Source of the DNA: an uncultured delta proteobacterium
GTDB taxonomy: Bacteria > Desulfobacterota > Binatia > Binatales > Binataceae
DNA length: 64,000 nt
Reading direction: 5' to 3'
Assembly (NCBI GenBank): GCA_963711565.1
Contig: CAVQEQ010000001.1
Location: 1,088,001-1,152,000, forward strand
Shown in pieces: positions 9,886-19,623 of the stretch. Below the pieces are notes generated by a model that was not told the DNA's origin, did not search any database, and was given only the letters and a program-made list of their open reading frames with translations. Made by a program: the position numbers and the translations under genes. The stretch's first letter is position 1. Each line of letters opens with the position of its first letter.

Positions 9886-11202
9886 ATGCGAAGGCAGATC
9901 ACTTTGTCGTCAACTTTCTCGACGACCATCGCTACCCTGGTGCTGCTCGCGATCGGTGCGTTCAGCTCCCCAGGCTACGCCCAGGTTCAGCCGGGTGATT
10001 TCATCACGCCGGAGAACGCAGCCAAAGTTAAAGACCTGGTAGGCCCCGGCGTCTACTATAAGGTCGAGCACGGCATGACGATGAAGATCGTGCCGAGCCA
10101 GCGCGTCGATTGGCCGCCCCCCTACAAGGATGCGACCGAGAAATATTCTTCTCAGGTCCGTCTGTCAGAGGACAAGAAGTCGCTGGTCGGCTTCGTCGCC
10201 GGTCAGCCCTTCCCCTTGATCGACTCCAATGACCCCGACGTTGCCGTCAAGATCATCTGGAACAACGTCTTCCGCCCGATCACTTCGGATGACTACGATC
10301 TGCGATTCTACGACTGCGATTCCGCCTACGAGAGGAAAGGCCCGCAGACCGAGCAGATCGAGTATTTCCAAATCGGTCACTATGCCGGTTACGATCTCGT
10401 CGGCCGCACCGAAGTCGAGCCGATGCCCACCGACCCTGATTTCAAGACCACCGGCCGTTACTGGCTGTTCGGCCTCTATCCAATTCTTGCACCGCAGGAA
10501 ATTCGCGGAACTGGCTTCATCCGCTATCGTTACGCCGATCCAAGACGAGGCGATGACATCTGGAGCCTTGACGCCGGCTCACGCCGGCTGCGCCGCGTCA
10601 ACGAGGCGATTATGAGTTCCTCGACGACCGGTGGCGGAAGCGCCGCGCATACCTGGGATCCCGATCACTACTCGGGCTTCAATCCCAAGACCGAGCAGTA
10701 CTTCTATAAATTCCTCGGCGAGAAAAACATGCTCGCGACGATCCACGCCGACCACTCACCCGAACAGCGATGTCCCACTGACGGCGGCACCAGCGCGTGC
10801 CCCGAAACATGGGAGATGCGCCACATGTACATCGCGCAGGCGCTGCCCGATCGCTCGCGCATCAACGCGCTTGATTCACGTACGGTAATCTACATGGACA
10901 GCGAAATGTGGTTCGAGCCCTACATCGATACTTATGACCGGGCGGGCCATCTGTTCCGCGCCCATATCTACTGGCTGGCGACTCGCGACCGCCCGGTGCC
11001 CGACGCCAGGGTCGCAATCTATCCCTTCAAGCGCTCCTTTGTCGTAGGCGCGGTCTCCACCGACGTGCAGTCGGGCCTCGCCACGATGTGCTATCTGCCG
11101 GGGATGGAAACGCCTGAGCGCGAATGCTGGTACATCAACATGGGCGCGGTCGATCGCCAGTTCTTCACCACCCAGGCGATGGTCCGCGCGGCGTCGTTCT
11201 AA
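9886..11202 (+). CDS. DUF1329-family exported protein
   Basis: Signal peptide, ITPENA, GQPFP, RRLRR, Y.FLGEK; GGAGG RBS before ATG 9886. Confidence 0.8.
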   Translation: MRRQITLSSTFSTTIATLVLLAIGAFSSPGYAQVQPGDFITPENAAKVKDLVGPGVYYKVEHGMTMKIVPSQRVDWPPPYKDATEKYSSQVRLSEDKKSLVGFVAGQPFPLIDSNDPDVAVKIIWNNVFRPITSDDYDLRFYDCDSAYERKGPQTEQIEYFQIGHYAGYDLVGRTEVEPMPTDPDFKTTGRYWLFGLYPILAPQEIRGTGFIRYRYADPRRGDDIWSLDAGSRRLRRVNEAIMSSSTTGGGSAAHTWDPDHYSGFNPKTEQYFYKFLGEKNMLATIHADHSPEQRCPTDGGTSACPETWEMRHMYIAQALPDRSRINALDSRTVIYMDSEMWFEPYIDTYDRAGHLFRAHIYWLATRDRPVPDARVAIYPFKRSFVVGAVSTDVQSGLATMCYLPGMETPERECWYINMGAVDRQFFTTQAMVRAASF

Positions 11203-11262
11203 GCGCACATCTGTTCGCGACGAAAAAAGCGGGCGCGATCCAAGAATGGATCGCGCCCGCAA

Positions 11263-11412
11263 CCTTACCTCTTCCTTCGGGAGAGGTAAGAGCCGGGATT
11301 CTTCGCTTCGCTCTGAATGACACAAAAAACACTGGGTGCAGAGCCTGTCCTGAGCCTGCCGAAGGAGGTCACCCCTGCCCAAGGAAGCGTGAAACCCACG
11401 GAGGGGTTTCAC
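11263..11412. repeat. Mosaic of repeat families B, C and A (A interrupted by a 25-bp insert)
   Basis: Same B-C-A order as 19855-19979; insert AGCCTGTCCTGAGCCTGCCGAAGGA at 11342-11366. Confidence 0.8.
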
Positions 11413-11443
11413 TAAGATAAAGTTCCTGATCTCCTCCGCCGGC

Positions 11444-12430
11444 CTACACGATCCTCTTCTGCCCGTGCTTGAATCCACCCTGCTCGCCAATCGCTTCATT
11501 GCCGCGCTCGGGCTCTATCCGTTGGACTTCCCGCTCGCGCTCAGGTTCGCGACGACGCCCGCGATTCTGCCCCTCGCCGCGCGGTTCGCGCCGGCCGCCG
11601 CTGTCCGTCGGCACTATCTCGATTGATCGCATCGTGCCGTCGCCCGCCGATCGCGTCGTAATCATCGGATCGTCCTTGAGCGCCAGATGCACCACGCGGC
11701 GGTCGCGCGGCGGCATCGGCTCGAGCCGCACCGGCTTATGCTCGCGCTTGGCCTTCTCGCCCATCGACAGCGCCATCCGATGCAATTGCTGGCGGCGCCG
11801 CGCGCGATACGATTCGGTCTCGAGCGAAATCGGCGCCGCGTCCTTGATTCGCCGCGCCAGGATGCGGTTCACGATGTACTCGAGCGCGTCGAGCGTCTGC
11901 CCATGCCGCCCGATCAGAATCCCCGAGCCGTCGCCCCTTATCTCGAGCTCGACCGTCTCCGCATCGACTTCAATCTCCCGCACGTCGGTCTGCTCGCCCA
12001 TCTGCTCCAGAATCTGCTTGAGGATGACGATCGCCTCGCGGCGCTGATCCTCGACGCCCGCGCTTTTGCGCCCGGTGTCACCGCCGTCATCGTCGCCCGC
12101 GGACGCCGCCGGACTCGAGCTGCGCGCGCGGCCGTCATTGCGCCCCCGCCGCTGATTCTCGCGTCCGCGTCCGCTCCCATCAGGCGCGCGCTCTTTCCGG
12201 ACCTGCGACGCTACAGCTTGCGGCGCCGGCGACGACGCATTGCCTGCCTCGGCCTTGCGCGTCACTCGCACCCGCGCATTGCGCGCGCCCAGTCCGAGCA
12301 CGCCTGCGCGCGGCGTCGCGATCACTTCGATCGTGACCTCGTCCTCGCGCGCGCCAAGCTGTTCGAGCGCTTCCCTCGTCGCCTCTTCCACCGAGGCGGC
12401 TTCCACTTCTGTCGAATCCATATTGCTCAT
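11444..12430 (-). CDS. jag: Jag/EloR/KhpB RNA-binding protein
   Basis: Jag_N, KH (LIGRHGQTLDALEY), R3H (RRVVH); follows yidC. Confidence 0.93.
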   Translation of the reverse strand: MSNMDSTEVEAASVEEATREALEQLGAREDEVTIEVIATPRAGVLGLGARNARVRVTRKAEAGNASSPAPQAVASQVRKERAPDGSGRGRENQRRGRNDGRARSSSPAASAGDDDGGDTGRKSAGVEDQRREAIVILKQILEQMGEQTDVREIEVDAETVELEIRGDGSGILIGRHGQTLDALEYIVNRILARRIKDAAPISLETESYRARRRQQLHRMALSMGEKAKREHKPVRLEPMPPRDRRVVHLALKDDPMITTRSAGDGTMRSIEIVPTDSGGRREPRGEGQNRGRRREPEREREVQRIEPERGNEAIGEQGGFKHGQKRIV

Positions 12431-14142
12431 GTAGCCGGCGTGTATTGTTGGAATTCGCGGTTGAGAAAGTATTGCTGGATAACGCCCAGCAGGTTAGACG
12501 AAAAATAGTACAAAGCCAGTCCCGCCGGAAAGTTTATAAACATGACCGTGAAGATCAGCGGCGTCAGCATCATCATCTTCTGCTGATTCGGATCCGGCGT
12601 CGTCGGCGTCATGTATTGCTGCATGAAGCTGGTCACGCCCATCAGCAGCACCAGCACCGGCAAGCCGTGGCAATTCATCAGCGGCAGTTGCGGCAGCCCC
12701 GGCACGTGCAGGCAATCGGGCGTCGACAAGTCGTTGATCCAGCCGACGAACGGCGCATGCCGCAGCTCGATCGAATTCAGCAGCGCCTCGTACAGCCCGA
12801 GAAAAATCGGCAGTTGCAGCGCCATCGGCGCGCACCCGCCCAGCGGATTGACGTGATTGCGCTTGTAGAGATCGACCATCTCTTTCTGCAGCTGCTCGTT
12901 GTTGTCCTTATGCTTGTCGCGCAGCCGCTGAATCTGCGGTTGCAGCCGCTGCATCTTCATCATCGATCGCTGGCTCCTGATCGATAGCGGCAGGAACGCG
13001 ATCCGGATCGACACCGTCAGCAGGATAATATCGACGCCGTAGTTGGGCGCGATGTAGTGAAACAGTTTGAGCGCGCGCAGAAAGATAATCGCCAGGATTC
13101 CGAAGATGCCGAAATCGATCGCCTTGTGCAGCGCCGGATTCACCCCGTCCAGCGTCTCCAGCAGCTTCGGCCCCATGAAGATTTCGGTGTGGACTCGCGT
13201 CGCGCCGTCGAACAGGATGCGCGCGATCGCCTCGTCGCCGGCGTAGGACATCGTCAGCTCGCCGATCGCCGGCTGCTGCGGCAGAAATACCGCGAGGAAG
13301 TAGCGGTCGCCGAAACCCGCATACGTGATCGGCCCCGTCAGCGGCGGCACTCCCTTCTGCAGGTTCTTCTGACTCTCGGTGATCACCTTGTCGGCAACGT
13401 CGCCCTGCAATTCGGGGATATCGCGATACCCCTGATGGGCCGTCAGCGGCTGGCTCATCGAAACGCCGAGCTGATTCACCGCCGGCCCGCCGCTGGTAGC
13501 CACGTCCATCGAAAACACGTAGCTCGACGGCTTGAACGTGAAGGTCTTGGTGATAGTGGCGCCGTCCGCGGTCTTCGCGACAAATGCCGCCGTCGCGTCC
13601 CCGCTGGCGGCCACCTTGATCTGTGCGGGCGAATTCGTTTCGTAGTCGAGATCGCTGTCGTCGTAGACTTGGCCGCTACGCGTCAACACCGCGCCCAGCG
13701 GCAGATGGCCTCCCGGCTGCACTTGCACCATCTCATACGGCGGACTGCCCTTCGCCGCCGCCTGCCGATAGCGTGTGAGCACGAAACTCTTGAGCCGCGC
13801 GCCACGCGTCGTGAACACAGCTACGTAAAAATCCGAATCGACTTCGACCGTCCGCTCCGGCACCAGCGCCATCGACGGCGTCATCGCAGTGGATTGCGGA
13901 CCCGCCGCGGTTGCCGCCGTCGCGACCGCTCCCGGAAGCGCCGTGCCGCTCGCCGTCAACGGCGTCGCCTGCCCATTGCCGAGCGCCTGCGCCTGCTCGG
14001 TCTTCGCCGCCTTGGCCTTCTCAGCAGCCTGCTGTTGTTGCTGAGTGGGGGCAGGAAAAAAGCGCTTCAGCACCAGCTCCTGGTAGGCAACCACCAGCAC
14101 GATAGACAAAATAACCGCAAGCAGTACTCGACTAGAATCCAA
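12427..14142 (-). CDS. yidC: Membrane protein insertase YidC
   Basis: NYGVDIILLT, NPLGGCAP, ELRHAPF, WINDLS, PAGLALY. Confidence 0.96.
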   Translation of the reverse strand: MDSSRVLLAVILSIVLVVAYQELVLKRFFPAPTQQQQQAAEKAKAAKTEQAQALGNGQATPLTASGTALPGAVATAATAAGPQSTAMTPSMALVPERTVEVDSDFYVAVFTTRGARLKSFVLTRYRQAAAKGSPPYEMVQVQPGGHLPLGAVLTRSGQVYDDSDLDYETNSPAQIKVAASGDATAAFVAKTADGATITKTFTFKPSSYVFSMDVATSGGPAVNQLGVSMSQPLTAHQGYRDIPELQGDVADKVITESQKNLQKGVPPLTGPITYAGFGDRYFLAVFLPQQPAIGELTMSYAGDEAIARILFDGATRVHTEIFMGPKLLETLDGVNPALHKAIDFGIFGILAIIFLRALKLFHYIAPNYGVDIILLTVSIRIAFLPLSIRSQRSMMKMQRLQPQIQRLRDKHKDNNEQLQKEMVDLYKRNHVNPLGGCAPMALQLPIFLGLYEALLNSIELRHAPFVGWINDLSTPDCLHVPGLPQLPLMNCHGLPVLVLLMGVTSFMQQYMTPTTPDPNQQKMMMLTPLIFTVMFINFPAGLALYYFSSNLLGVIQQYFLNREFQQYTPAT

Positions 14143-14193
14143 TTTTGTTCCTTGTTCTCTTTCCGTTCCGCGCGCATTCTCGGCGCGCTCTTA

Positions 14194-14422
14194 ATACCTC
14201 GCCCGTTATTTTACGGGAGAGGCGGCCGGCCGCATCGCGGCCGGTAGGTGAGGGTTCTGGGCCCACACCGCAAATCCAGGCGCGCGCACGTTTTTGTATC
14301 ATTCCGAGTGGAAGCCCCCGCGGCGAAGAATCTCGACGGACACTCTTGCGTCCGGCGCCTGTCGCACAAGCGCGCGCAGACGCGCGCGATCCTTCGCTGC
14401 GCAGACTCCGCTCAGGATGACA
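14194..14422. repeat. Family B unit plus family C inverted doublet (empty REPIN-like, 14295-14422)
   Basis: 14207-14259 is the reverse complement of 38329-38378; 14295-14422 arms match the arms around higA. Confidence 0.75.
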
Positions 14423-14448
14423 CAACGAAAGGAGCAGACGGCTTCTTC

Positions 14449-14784
14449 TCATCGAGATCGCTCCTCTGCCGCTGCCTCACGCCCGCGCACCGGATCGAAG
14501 CCATGCCCACCGAGCGGATTGCACCGCGCAACCCGCCACGCGGCCATGATACCGCCGCGAATAATTCCGTACTCCGCGATCGCGTCGCGCGCGTACGCCG
14601 AGCAGCTCGGCTCGAACCGGCATGCCGGCCCGTTGATCGCATGAATCACCGGCGAGACCACCGCGCGATAAATCGCGAGCATGCCAACCGCCACCAGTCG
14701 CGGCGATGTACCAATCTTCCGCACCGTTCTTTCCGGTTCCCCTTCCCACCATGGGAAGGGGTTAGGGGTTAGGTTATCTTGCAT
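14449..14784 (-). CDS. yidD: Membrane protein insertion efficiency factor YidD, with an in-frame REP at the N-terminus
   Basis: CRFEPSCSAY..RCNP..GFDP; ATG overlaps the rnpA stop (TGATG). Confidence 0.9.
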   Translation of the reverse strand: MQDNLTPNPFPWWEGEPERTVRKIGTSPRLVAVGMLAIYRAVVSPVIHAINGPACRFEPSCSAYARDAIAEYGIIRGGIMAAWRVARCNPLGGHGFDPVRGREAAAEERSR

Positions 14785-15161
14785 CAATCACCCCGTCCCG
14801 CGATGCGACCGCTAACGTTACGCGCCGCCATCGCAAGTTCATCGCAGATAGCCGCCGATCCGAGCGCAGCGGCACCGCCGCGCGCGATCACGACTATCGA
14901 TGTACCCGCTGGAAGCCGGTCACGAATCACTTTCCTGAAACACTCGCGCACGCGTCGCTTCACCCGGTTGCGCATCACCGCGTTGCCGATTCTGCGCGAC
15001 ACCGTCACTCCCAGGCGCGAGCGCGCCGGCTCGGCGTCGAGACTGCCCGCATAGAGCACGAAATGGGGACTCTGGAATCGCACGCCGTTTCGCTGGAGGC
15101 GCAAAAATTCCGCGCTTCGATGCAGCCGGTCTGCCGCCGCGAAGCTTGATTGCGCGCGCAC
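14784..15161 (-). CDS. rnpA: RNase P protein
   Basis: RLGVTVSRRIGNAVMRNRVKRRVRE. Confidence 0.96.
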   Translation of the reverse strand: MRAQSSFAAADRLHRSAEFLRLQRNGVRFQSPHFVLYAGSLDAEPARSRLGVTVSRRIGNAVMRNRVKRRVRECFRKVIRDRLPAGTSIVVIARGGAAALGSAAICDELAMAARNVSGRIAGRGD

Positions 15162-15167
15162 TGGAGC

Positions 15168-15326
15168 TTAGCCCGGCTGCTTGGGCGGGATCGAGATTGC
15201 CAGCCGCGTGCGGCCCTTGGCGCGGCGGCGCTTGAGTATCTTGCGGCCGCCCGGCGTGGCCATCCGCGCCAGGAATCCATGAGTTCGTTTGCGACGGCGG
15301 TTATGCGGTTGGTAGGTCCTTTTCAT
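15168..15326 (-). CDS. rpmH: 50S ribosomal protein L34 (52 aa; absent from the ORF track)
   Basis: Manual translation [42 protein letters not shown]... Confidence 0.97.
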   Translation of the reverse strand: MKRTYQPHNRRRKRTHGFLARMATPGGRKILKRRRAKGRTRLAISIPPKQPG

Positions 15327-15482
15327 TGCGCGGGGCCAGTTTCACTCGGTTTTGAATTCCGACCGGCAAGGTCGGTTAGTAGGTCGGGTATCTCTCGTCC
15401 GGCAGGTCTTTTTGGATCGACCCCGAACACGCAATCGAACCATACCGCGCGCGATTGAGCAAGCACCCCGCTCCGGGGGGCG

Positions 15483-15537
15483 CTCTCTTAATTCGGGGTT
15501 GAGTGTCTTAATTTGAAATCCTCAGTGTCTTAATTTG
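15483..15537. repeat. Short direct repeats AGTGTCTTAATTTG
   Basis: Exact copies at 15502-15515 and 15524-15537 (22-bp period); degenerate copy CTCTCTTAATTC at 15483. Confidence 0.8.
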
Positions 15538-15543
15538 CCGCGC

Positions 15544-15933
15544 TCACTTGGCAAAAAGAAGTGCAGGCTTATCACCTTGCTCGGTGCTGACAACTCGTTC
15601 CGTCTTGTCGTAGTTTACGACGCATTCCCTAGATTGCTCGTGCAGATAGTCCAATTCTTTCTTGTCGAACCACATTGCGAAAGGCAAGTACGTAAATTCT
15701 GCGCCCGGATGAAGCAGCATGATTTGGCCGTGCGGATCGCAGTCATAATCGTCGTTGTGCAGTACGCCGCGTACCATGGCACCCATTGGCGGCGTTCCCA
15801 ATTTCGCGATGACCTCTTCGCGAGTCATGCCCGATTTGATTTGATTAAGATTGCCGTCCGCCGTCTTGGTACTGATTCCGCAGCCAGCTAACCAGCCCAC
15901 AAGCGCGAGCGCGGCTGCGTGGCGTGGCTTCAT
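15544..15933 (-). CDS. Lipoprotein with SmpA/BamE-like start and MKPRHAAALALVGW leader
   Basis: Lipobox LAGC, IKSGMTREEVIAKLGTP motif. Confidence 0.65.
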   Translation of the reverse strand: MKPRHAAALALVGWLAGCGISTKTADGNLNQIKSGMTREEVIAKLGTPPMGAMVRGVLHNDDYDCDPHGQIMLLHPGAEFTYLPFAMWFDKKELDYLHEQSRECVVNYDKTERVVSTEQGDKPALLFAK

Positions 15934-16154
15934 AACTGGCGGTTTACCAGAATTCAGAAGTCCGCGGCAATGAAACGGGATCCGCCCGTCGTCTTCGCGG
16001 CAACCGGGGGATGAAGCTTTCAGGCGTGCGTCGTCTTTACGAGCCATCGGTCTGCCGCGCGTTCCGATAATTCATTTGCGAAAAAACGAACTGCCAATTG
16101 ACCGCCGCCTCCGTTATATTGATTCACCAACTCCCTAGCTGAAGGGCAGCTCGA

Positions 16155-16520
16155 ATGCCAAAACTCAAATTCGCGCGCATCATTCTTTTCACCAATCAGA
16201 TCGACGAGATGACCCGCTACTACGGGACCATCCTCGGCCTCAAACAAATCACCGACGAGCGGATGTGGCGCGAGTTCAACGCCGGCGGCACCTGCATCGC
16301 GCTCCATTCGGGGCCGCCGTCGCCGGGCCGCAAAGGCCCCAAGATTGTCTTTCATGCTGACAACGTCGCCGAGCTGAGGAGCACCTTGGTCGCGCGCGGC
16401 GCGCGCTTCGGCAAGGTCAGCAGCGGTGAATTGTGTCTGTGCGACGGCAAGGACCCGGACGGCAACCCGGTGCAGCTCTCCAACCGCGCTAGACGCGGTC
16501 GTCCCGCTACTCGCCCTTGA
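16155..16520 (+). CDS. VOC/glyoxalase family protein
   Basis: YYGTILGL..IALH..DPDGNPVQL. Confidence 0.85.
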   Translation: MPKLKFARIILFTNQIDEMTRYYGTILGLKQITDERMWREFNAGGTCIALHSGPPSPGRKGPKIVFHADNVAELRSTLVARGARFGKVSSGELCLCDGKDPDGNPVQLSNRARRGRPATRP

Positions 16521-16773
16521 TTCTCGGATCGTCGTCGCGCACGCATAGCGAGTACGCGTAGCGCGCATTGTAGAGGTTCTTGCTGTCGGCCTTTTCCGCT
16601 TCGATCACTGTCGCGCGATAGCTTTCGCATCCCTGCTGCGTCGTGAACCTGTCCATATGCTCCCACTCCGAGAGCGGCGTCTCGCGCTGCAAGCCCCGCC
16701 GCGCACAATCGATCGACGGCGCGATGAGGATCCATCCGGCGAACACGGCCGCCGCAAGATGCCCGAACCTCAT
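16507..16773 (-). CDS. Small secreted two-Cys protein (GW.L..P...PLS.W...CE...C..DDPR family)
   Basis: MRFGHLAAAVFAGWILIAP...TPLSEW...GCESY...CVRDDDPRIKGE. Confidence 0.7.
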   Translation of the reverse strand: MRFGHLAAAVFAGWILIAPSIDCARRGLQRETPLSEWEHMDRFTTQQGCESYRATVIEAEKADSKNLYNARYAYSLCVRDDDPRIKGE

Positions 16774-16975
16774 AAGATCGGTTATCTCGATATTCCCGCC
16801 GGCCCGCAAGAGAACTGCCTCTCATGACAGGAAAGCAACGATAGTAGGACGAAATTTATTTCGTCGATTGTATTTTTCGCTTTGTGACGGGGCTGACGGA
16901 ATAAATTCCGTCCTACTCCCAGGGAAGCGTGAAACCCACGGCGGGTTTCACATACAATCAAATTTCTTTCTCACG

Positions 16976-18382
16976 ATGTACCTCGCCGACACCATCGTTG
17001 CGCCTGCTACTGCGCCGGGAATCGGCGCTGTCGCGATTGTGCGGCTGTCAGGGCCGCGCGCATTCGAGATCCTCGACGCGATCTTTCGCCCAGTGGGGCG
17101 GGCCGCCGTGCCCGCCATTGTCGAACTCAGGCCGCGGATGATGCGGCTGGGCGATGTCGTCGATCCCGTATCCGGCGCGTGCATCGATCGCGCGCTCGCG
17201 GTCGTTATGCCTCATCCCGCGAGTCTCACGGGCGAGGACGTCGCCGAGATACAATGTCACGGCGGTCCGTTCATCGTCCGGCGCATCGTGGCGCTGGCGC
17301 TGGATGCGGGCGCGCGCATCGCGGAGCCGGGCGAATTCACGCGGCGCGCATTTCTGAACGGCCGGATGGATTTAGCCGAGGCAGAGGCGGTCGCCGATAT
17401 CGTCGCAGCGCGCAGCGATTCCGCACTGGCGAATGCGTTGGCGCAACTTTCCGGCGCGCTTTCCGCACGCGTGGCAGAATTGCGCGCCCAGGTCGTTGCG
17501 ATTCGGGCGCATCTCGAAGTCGAGATCGATTTCTCCGACGAGGATATCCGGCTGCCGTCGAGGCGCGAGGTCGCCGCGGAGATCGAACGGCTGATCGCCG
17601 GCGTCGCAGTTCTGCACGACAGCTTCGCGCGCGGCATACTAATGCGCGAGGGCGTCCGCGCGACGATCGTCGGCAAGCCCAACGCCGGCAAGTCGAGTCT
17701 TCTAAATTTACTACTGGGCGCCGATCGCGCCATCGTCACTCCTGTCGCGGGTACGACGCGCGACGTGATTGAGGACTCGGTCCAGCTCGGGCCGTACTCA
17801 CTAGTGCTCAACGATACGGCGGGTGTCCGCGAGTCGGCGGACGCCGTGGAGAGAATCGGCATCGAGCGCACGATACGATCGGCGCGTGATGCGGACCTGC
17901 TGATCGCGATGTTCGATTCGTCGCGCCCGCTCGAGGCCGCGGACGAGGAGGTGATTCGCCTGACGGATAACCGCCCGGGATTGGCGATACTGAACAAACG
18001 CGATCTGCCCGCGGCTATCTCAGCGGCAGAACTTCGTGAGCGCGGGTTGTGTCTGCCGATCTTGCCGTTCTCGGCGATTAATCTCGACGAAAGCGCGACC
18101 CTGCGCGGCGAGCTGACCAAAGTGATCGGCGCCCTCATCGACCCATCCGCACGTTTATCCAACGATCAAATCGCGATCTCGCGCGAGCGTCATCGCGACG
18201 CGCTCGCGACGGCGCTCGCGGCGCTCAAGAATGCGCGCGCGTCGGCGCTGTCGCTGATGCCGCCGGAGATCGTCGCGGTCGATATCATGGCAGCGGCCGC
18301 CGCGCTCGGCGCGATCACCGGCGAAGTCAGCGGCGAGGACGTCCTCGACGCAATCTTCCGGGATTTCTGCATCGGGAAGTGA
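16976..18382 (+). CDS. mnmE: tRNA modification GTPase MnmE
   Basis: DTIVAPAT, TGEDVAEIQCHGG, GKPNAGKSS, GTTRD, DTAG, FCIGK. Confidence 0.97.
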   Translation: MYLADTIVAPATAPGIGAVAIVRLSGPRAFEILDAIFRPVGRAAVPAIVELRPRMMRLGDVVDPVSGACIDRALAVVMPHPASLTGEDVAEIQCHGGPFIVRRIVALALDAGARIAEPGEFTRRAFLNGRMDLAEAEAVADIVAARSDSALANALAQLSGALSARVAELRAQVVAIRAHLEVEIDFSDEDIRLPSRREVAAEIERLIAGVAVLHDSFARGILMREGVRATIVGKPNAGKSSLLNLLLGADRAIVTPVAGTTRDVIEDSVQLGPYSLVLNDTAGVRESADAVERIGIERTIRSARDADLLIAMFDSSRPLEAADEEVIRLTDNRPGLAILNKRDLPAAISAAELRERGLCLPILPFSAINLDESATLRGELTKVIGALIDPSARLSNDQIAISRERHRDALATALAALKNARASALSLMPPEIVAVDIMAAAAALGAITGEVSGEDVLDAIFRDFCIGK

Positions 18383-18398
18383 GAGTGCGCGGCAAAAG

Positions 18399-18671
18399 AA
18401 CCTAACCCCTAACCCCTTCCCGAGCGGGAAGGGGAACCGGATTTAAGAAGAAGTCCGCATTCAGCTCGATCCATGCGCCCTCACCCGCGCCGTTGGCGCG
18501 CCCTCTCCCGAAGGGAGAGGTAAATCCCGCCACCTCCTCCCAACCATGAGAGCGAAATGGTGTCCTCGCCATTTCGCGATTTCCTGTAACTGGGTGCAGG
18601 GGTCACCCCTGCCGAAGGAGGTGCGGAACCCACGGTGGGTTCCGCATTAGACAAAGTGATTTCCCCTTCCC
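18399..18671. repeat. Family B cluster plus 125-bp family A element
   Basis: 18399-18525 is an inverted copy of 4186-4310; 18547-18671 is an inverted copy of 28096-28221. Confidence 0.85.
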
Positions 18672-19586
18672 CTAAGCGCGCATCGACGCGCGCGTATTCC
18701 CGAGCAGTATCTCCGCGACCGCCGTCAGATCGTTATCATCGTAGTAATCGATTTCGATCCTCCCCGGATTTCGTCCGCGCCGCTTGAAAATTCTGACCTT
18801 GCGCTTGAGCGCGCGCTGCAGACCCTCGGCGAGTGCGTTCAGATTGGCGTCGGCGGCTGCTCGCGATACGGCCGTTTTAGTATTGCGCGGGCGATTCGCC
18901 GTCACCATTTCTTCGGCGCCGCGCGCCGAGATTCCGACCGCCGCGATTCGCCGCGCCGCCGACAGCTGCGCCTCCGTCGATTCGATCGACAGCAGCGGCC
19001 GCGCCTGGCCGGCGTTGAGTTCTCCCTTCGCGATCATATTCAGAATCGGCTGCGGCAGTTCGAGCAATCGAATCGAGTTGCCGACGTACGGGCGGCTCTT
19101 CCCGACGCGCGCGGCTATCTGGTCGTGGGTGAGCCCAAAATGGTCGAACAGGCGGAAAAACGCCAGCCCTTCTTCGACCGCGTTCAAATCTTCGCGCACG
19201 ATATTCTCGACCAGCGACATCTCGAGCGCAGCGCGATCGTCGAGCTCGCGCACGACTACGGGCACCGTTTCGAGACCCGCCGCGCGCGCCGCCCGCAGCC
19301 GCCGCTCGCCCGCGATCAGCTCGTAGCGCGGCCCGTCGCTTTCGGGCGCGTCGATTCGCCGCACGATCAGCGGCTCGATAATCCCCTGGCTCTGGATCGC
19401 GAGAGTGAGTTCGGCCAGCCGTTCCTTGTCGAAATTTATTCGCGGCTGAAACTCACCCGGCGCGATACTCCCGATCGGCGCCATCTTGAATTGCCCGCCG
19501 CCGCTATCCTCGGCGCCGGTTTCGATCTCGGCGGCCGCATTGCCGATCAGCGCATCCAGCCCGCGCCCCAATGGTTTCCGCATCAT
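18672..19586 (-). CDS. parB: Chromosome partition protein ParB
   Basis: LGRGLDALI, QPR..F, IAGERRLRA, LVENIVREDLN, HTH. Confidence 0.96.
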   Translation of the reverse strand: MMRKPLGRGLDALIGNAAAEIETGAEDSGGGQFKMAPIGSIAPGEFQPRINFDKERLAELTLAIQSQGIIEPLIVRRIDAPESDGPRYELIAGERRLRAARAAGLETVPVVVRELDDRAALEMSLVENIVREDLNAVEEGLAFFRLFDHFGLTHDQIAARVGKSRPYVGNSIRLLELPQPILNMIAKGELNAGQARPLLSIESTEAQLSAARRIAAVGISARGAEEMVTANRPRNTKTAVSRAAADANLNALAEGLQRALKRKVRIFKRRGRNPGRIEIDYYDDNDLTAVAEILLGNTRASMRA

Positions 19587-19623
19587 CGTAGTAGTCCTCT
19601 AATTTCTTTCAGGTTCCGAAAAA

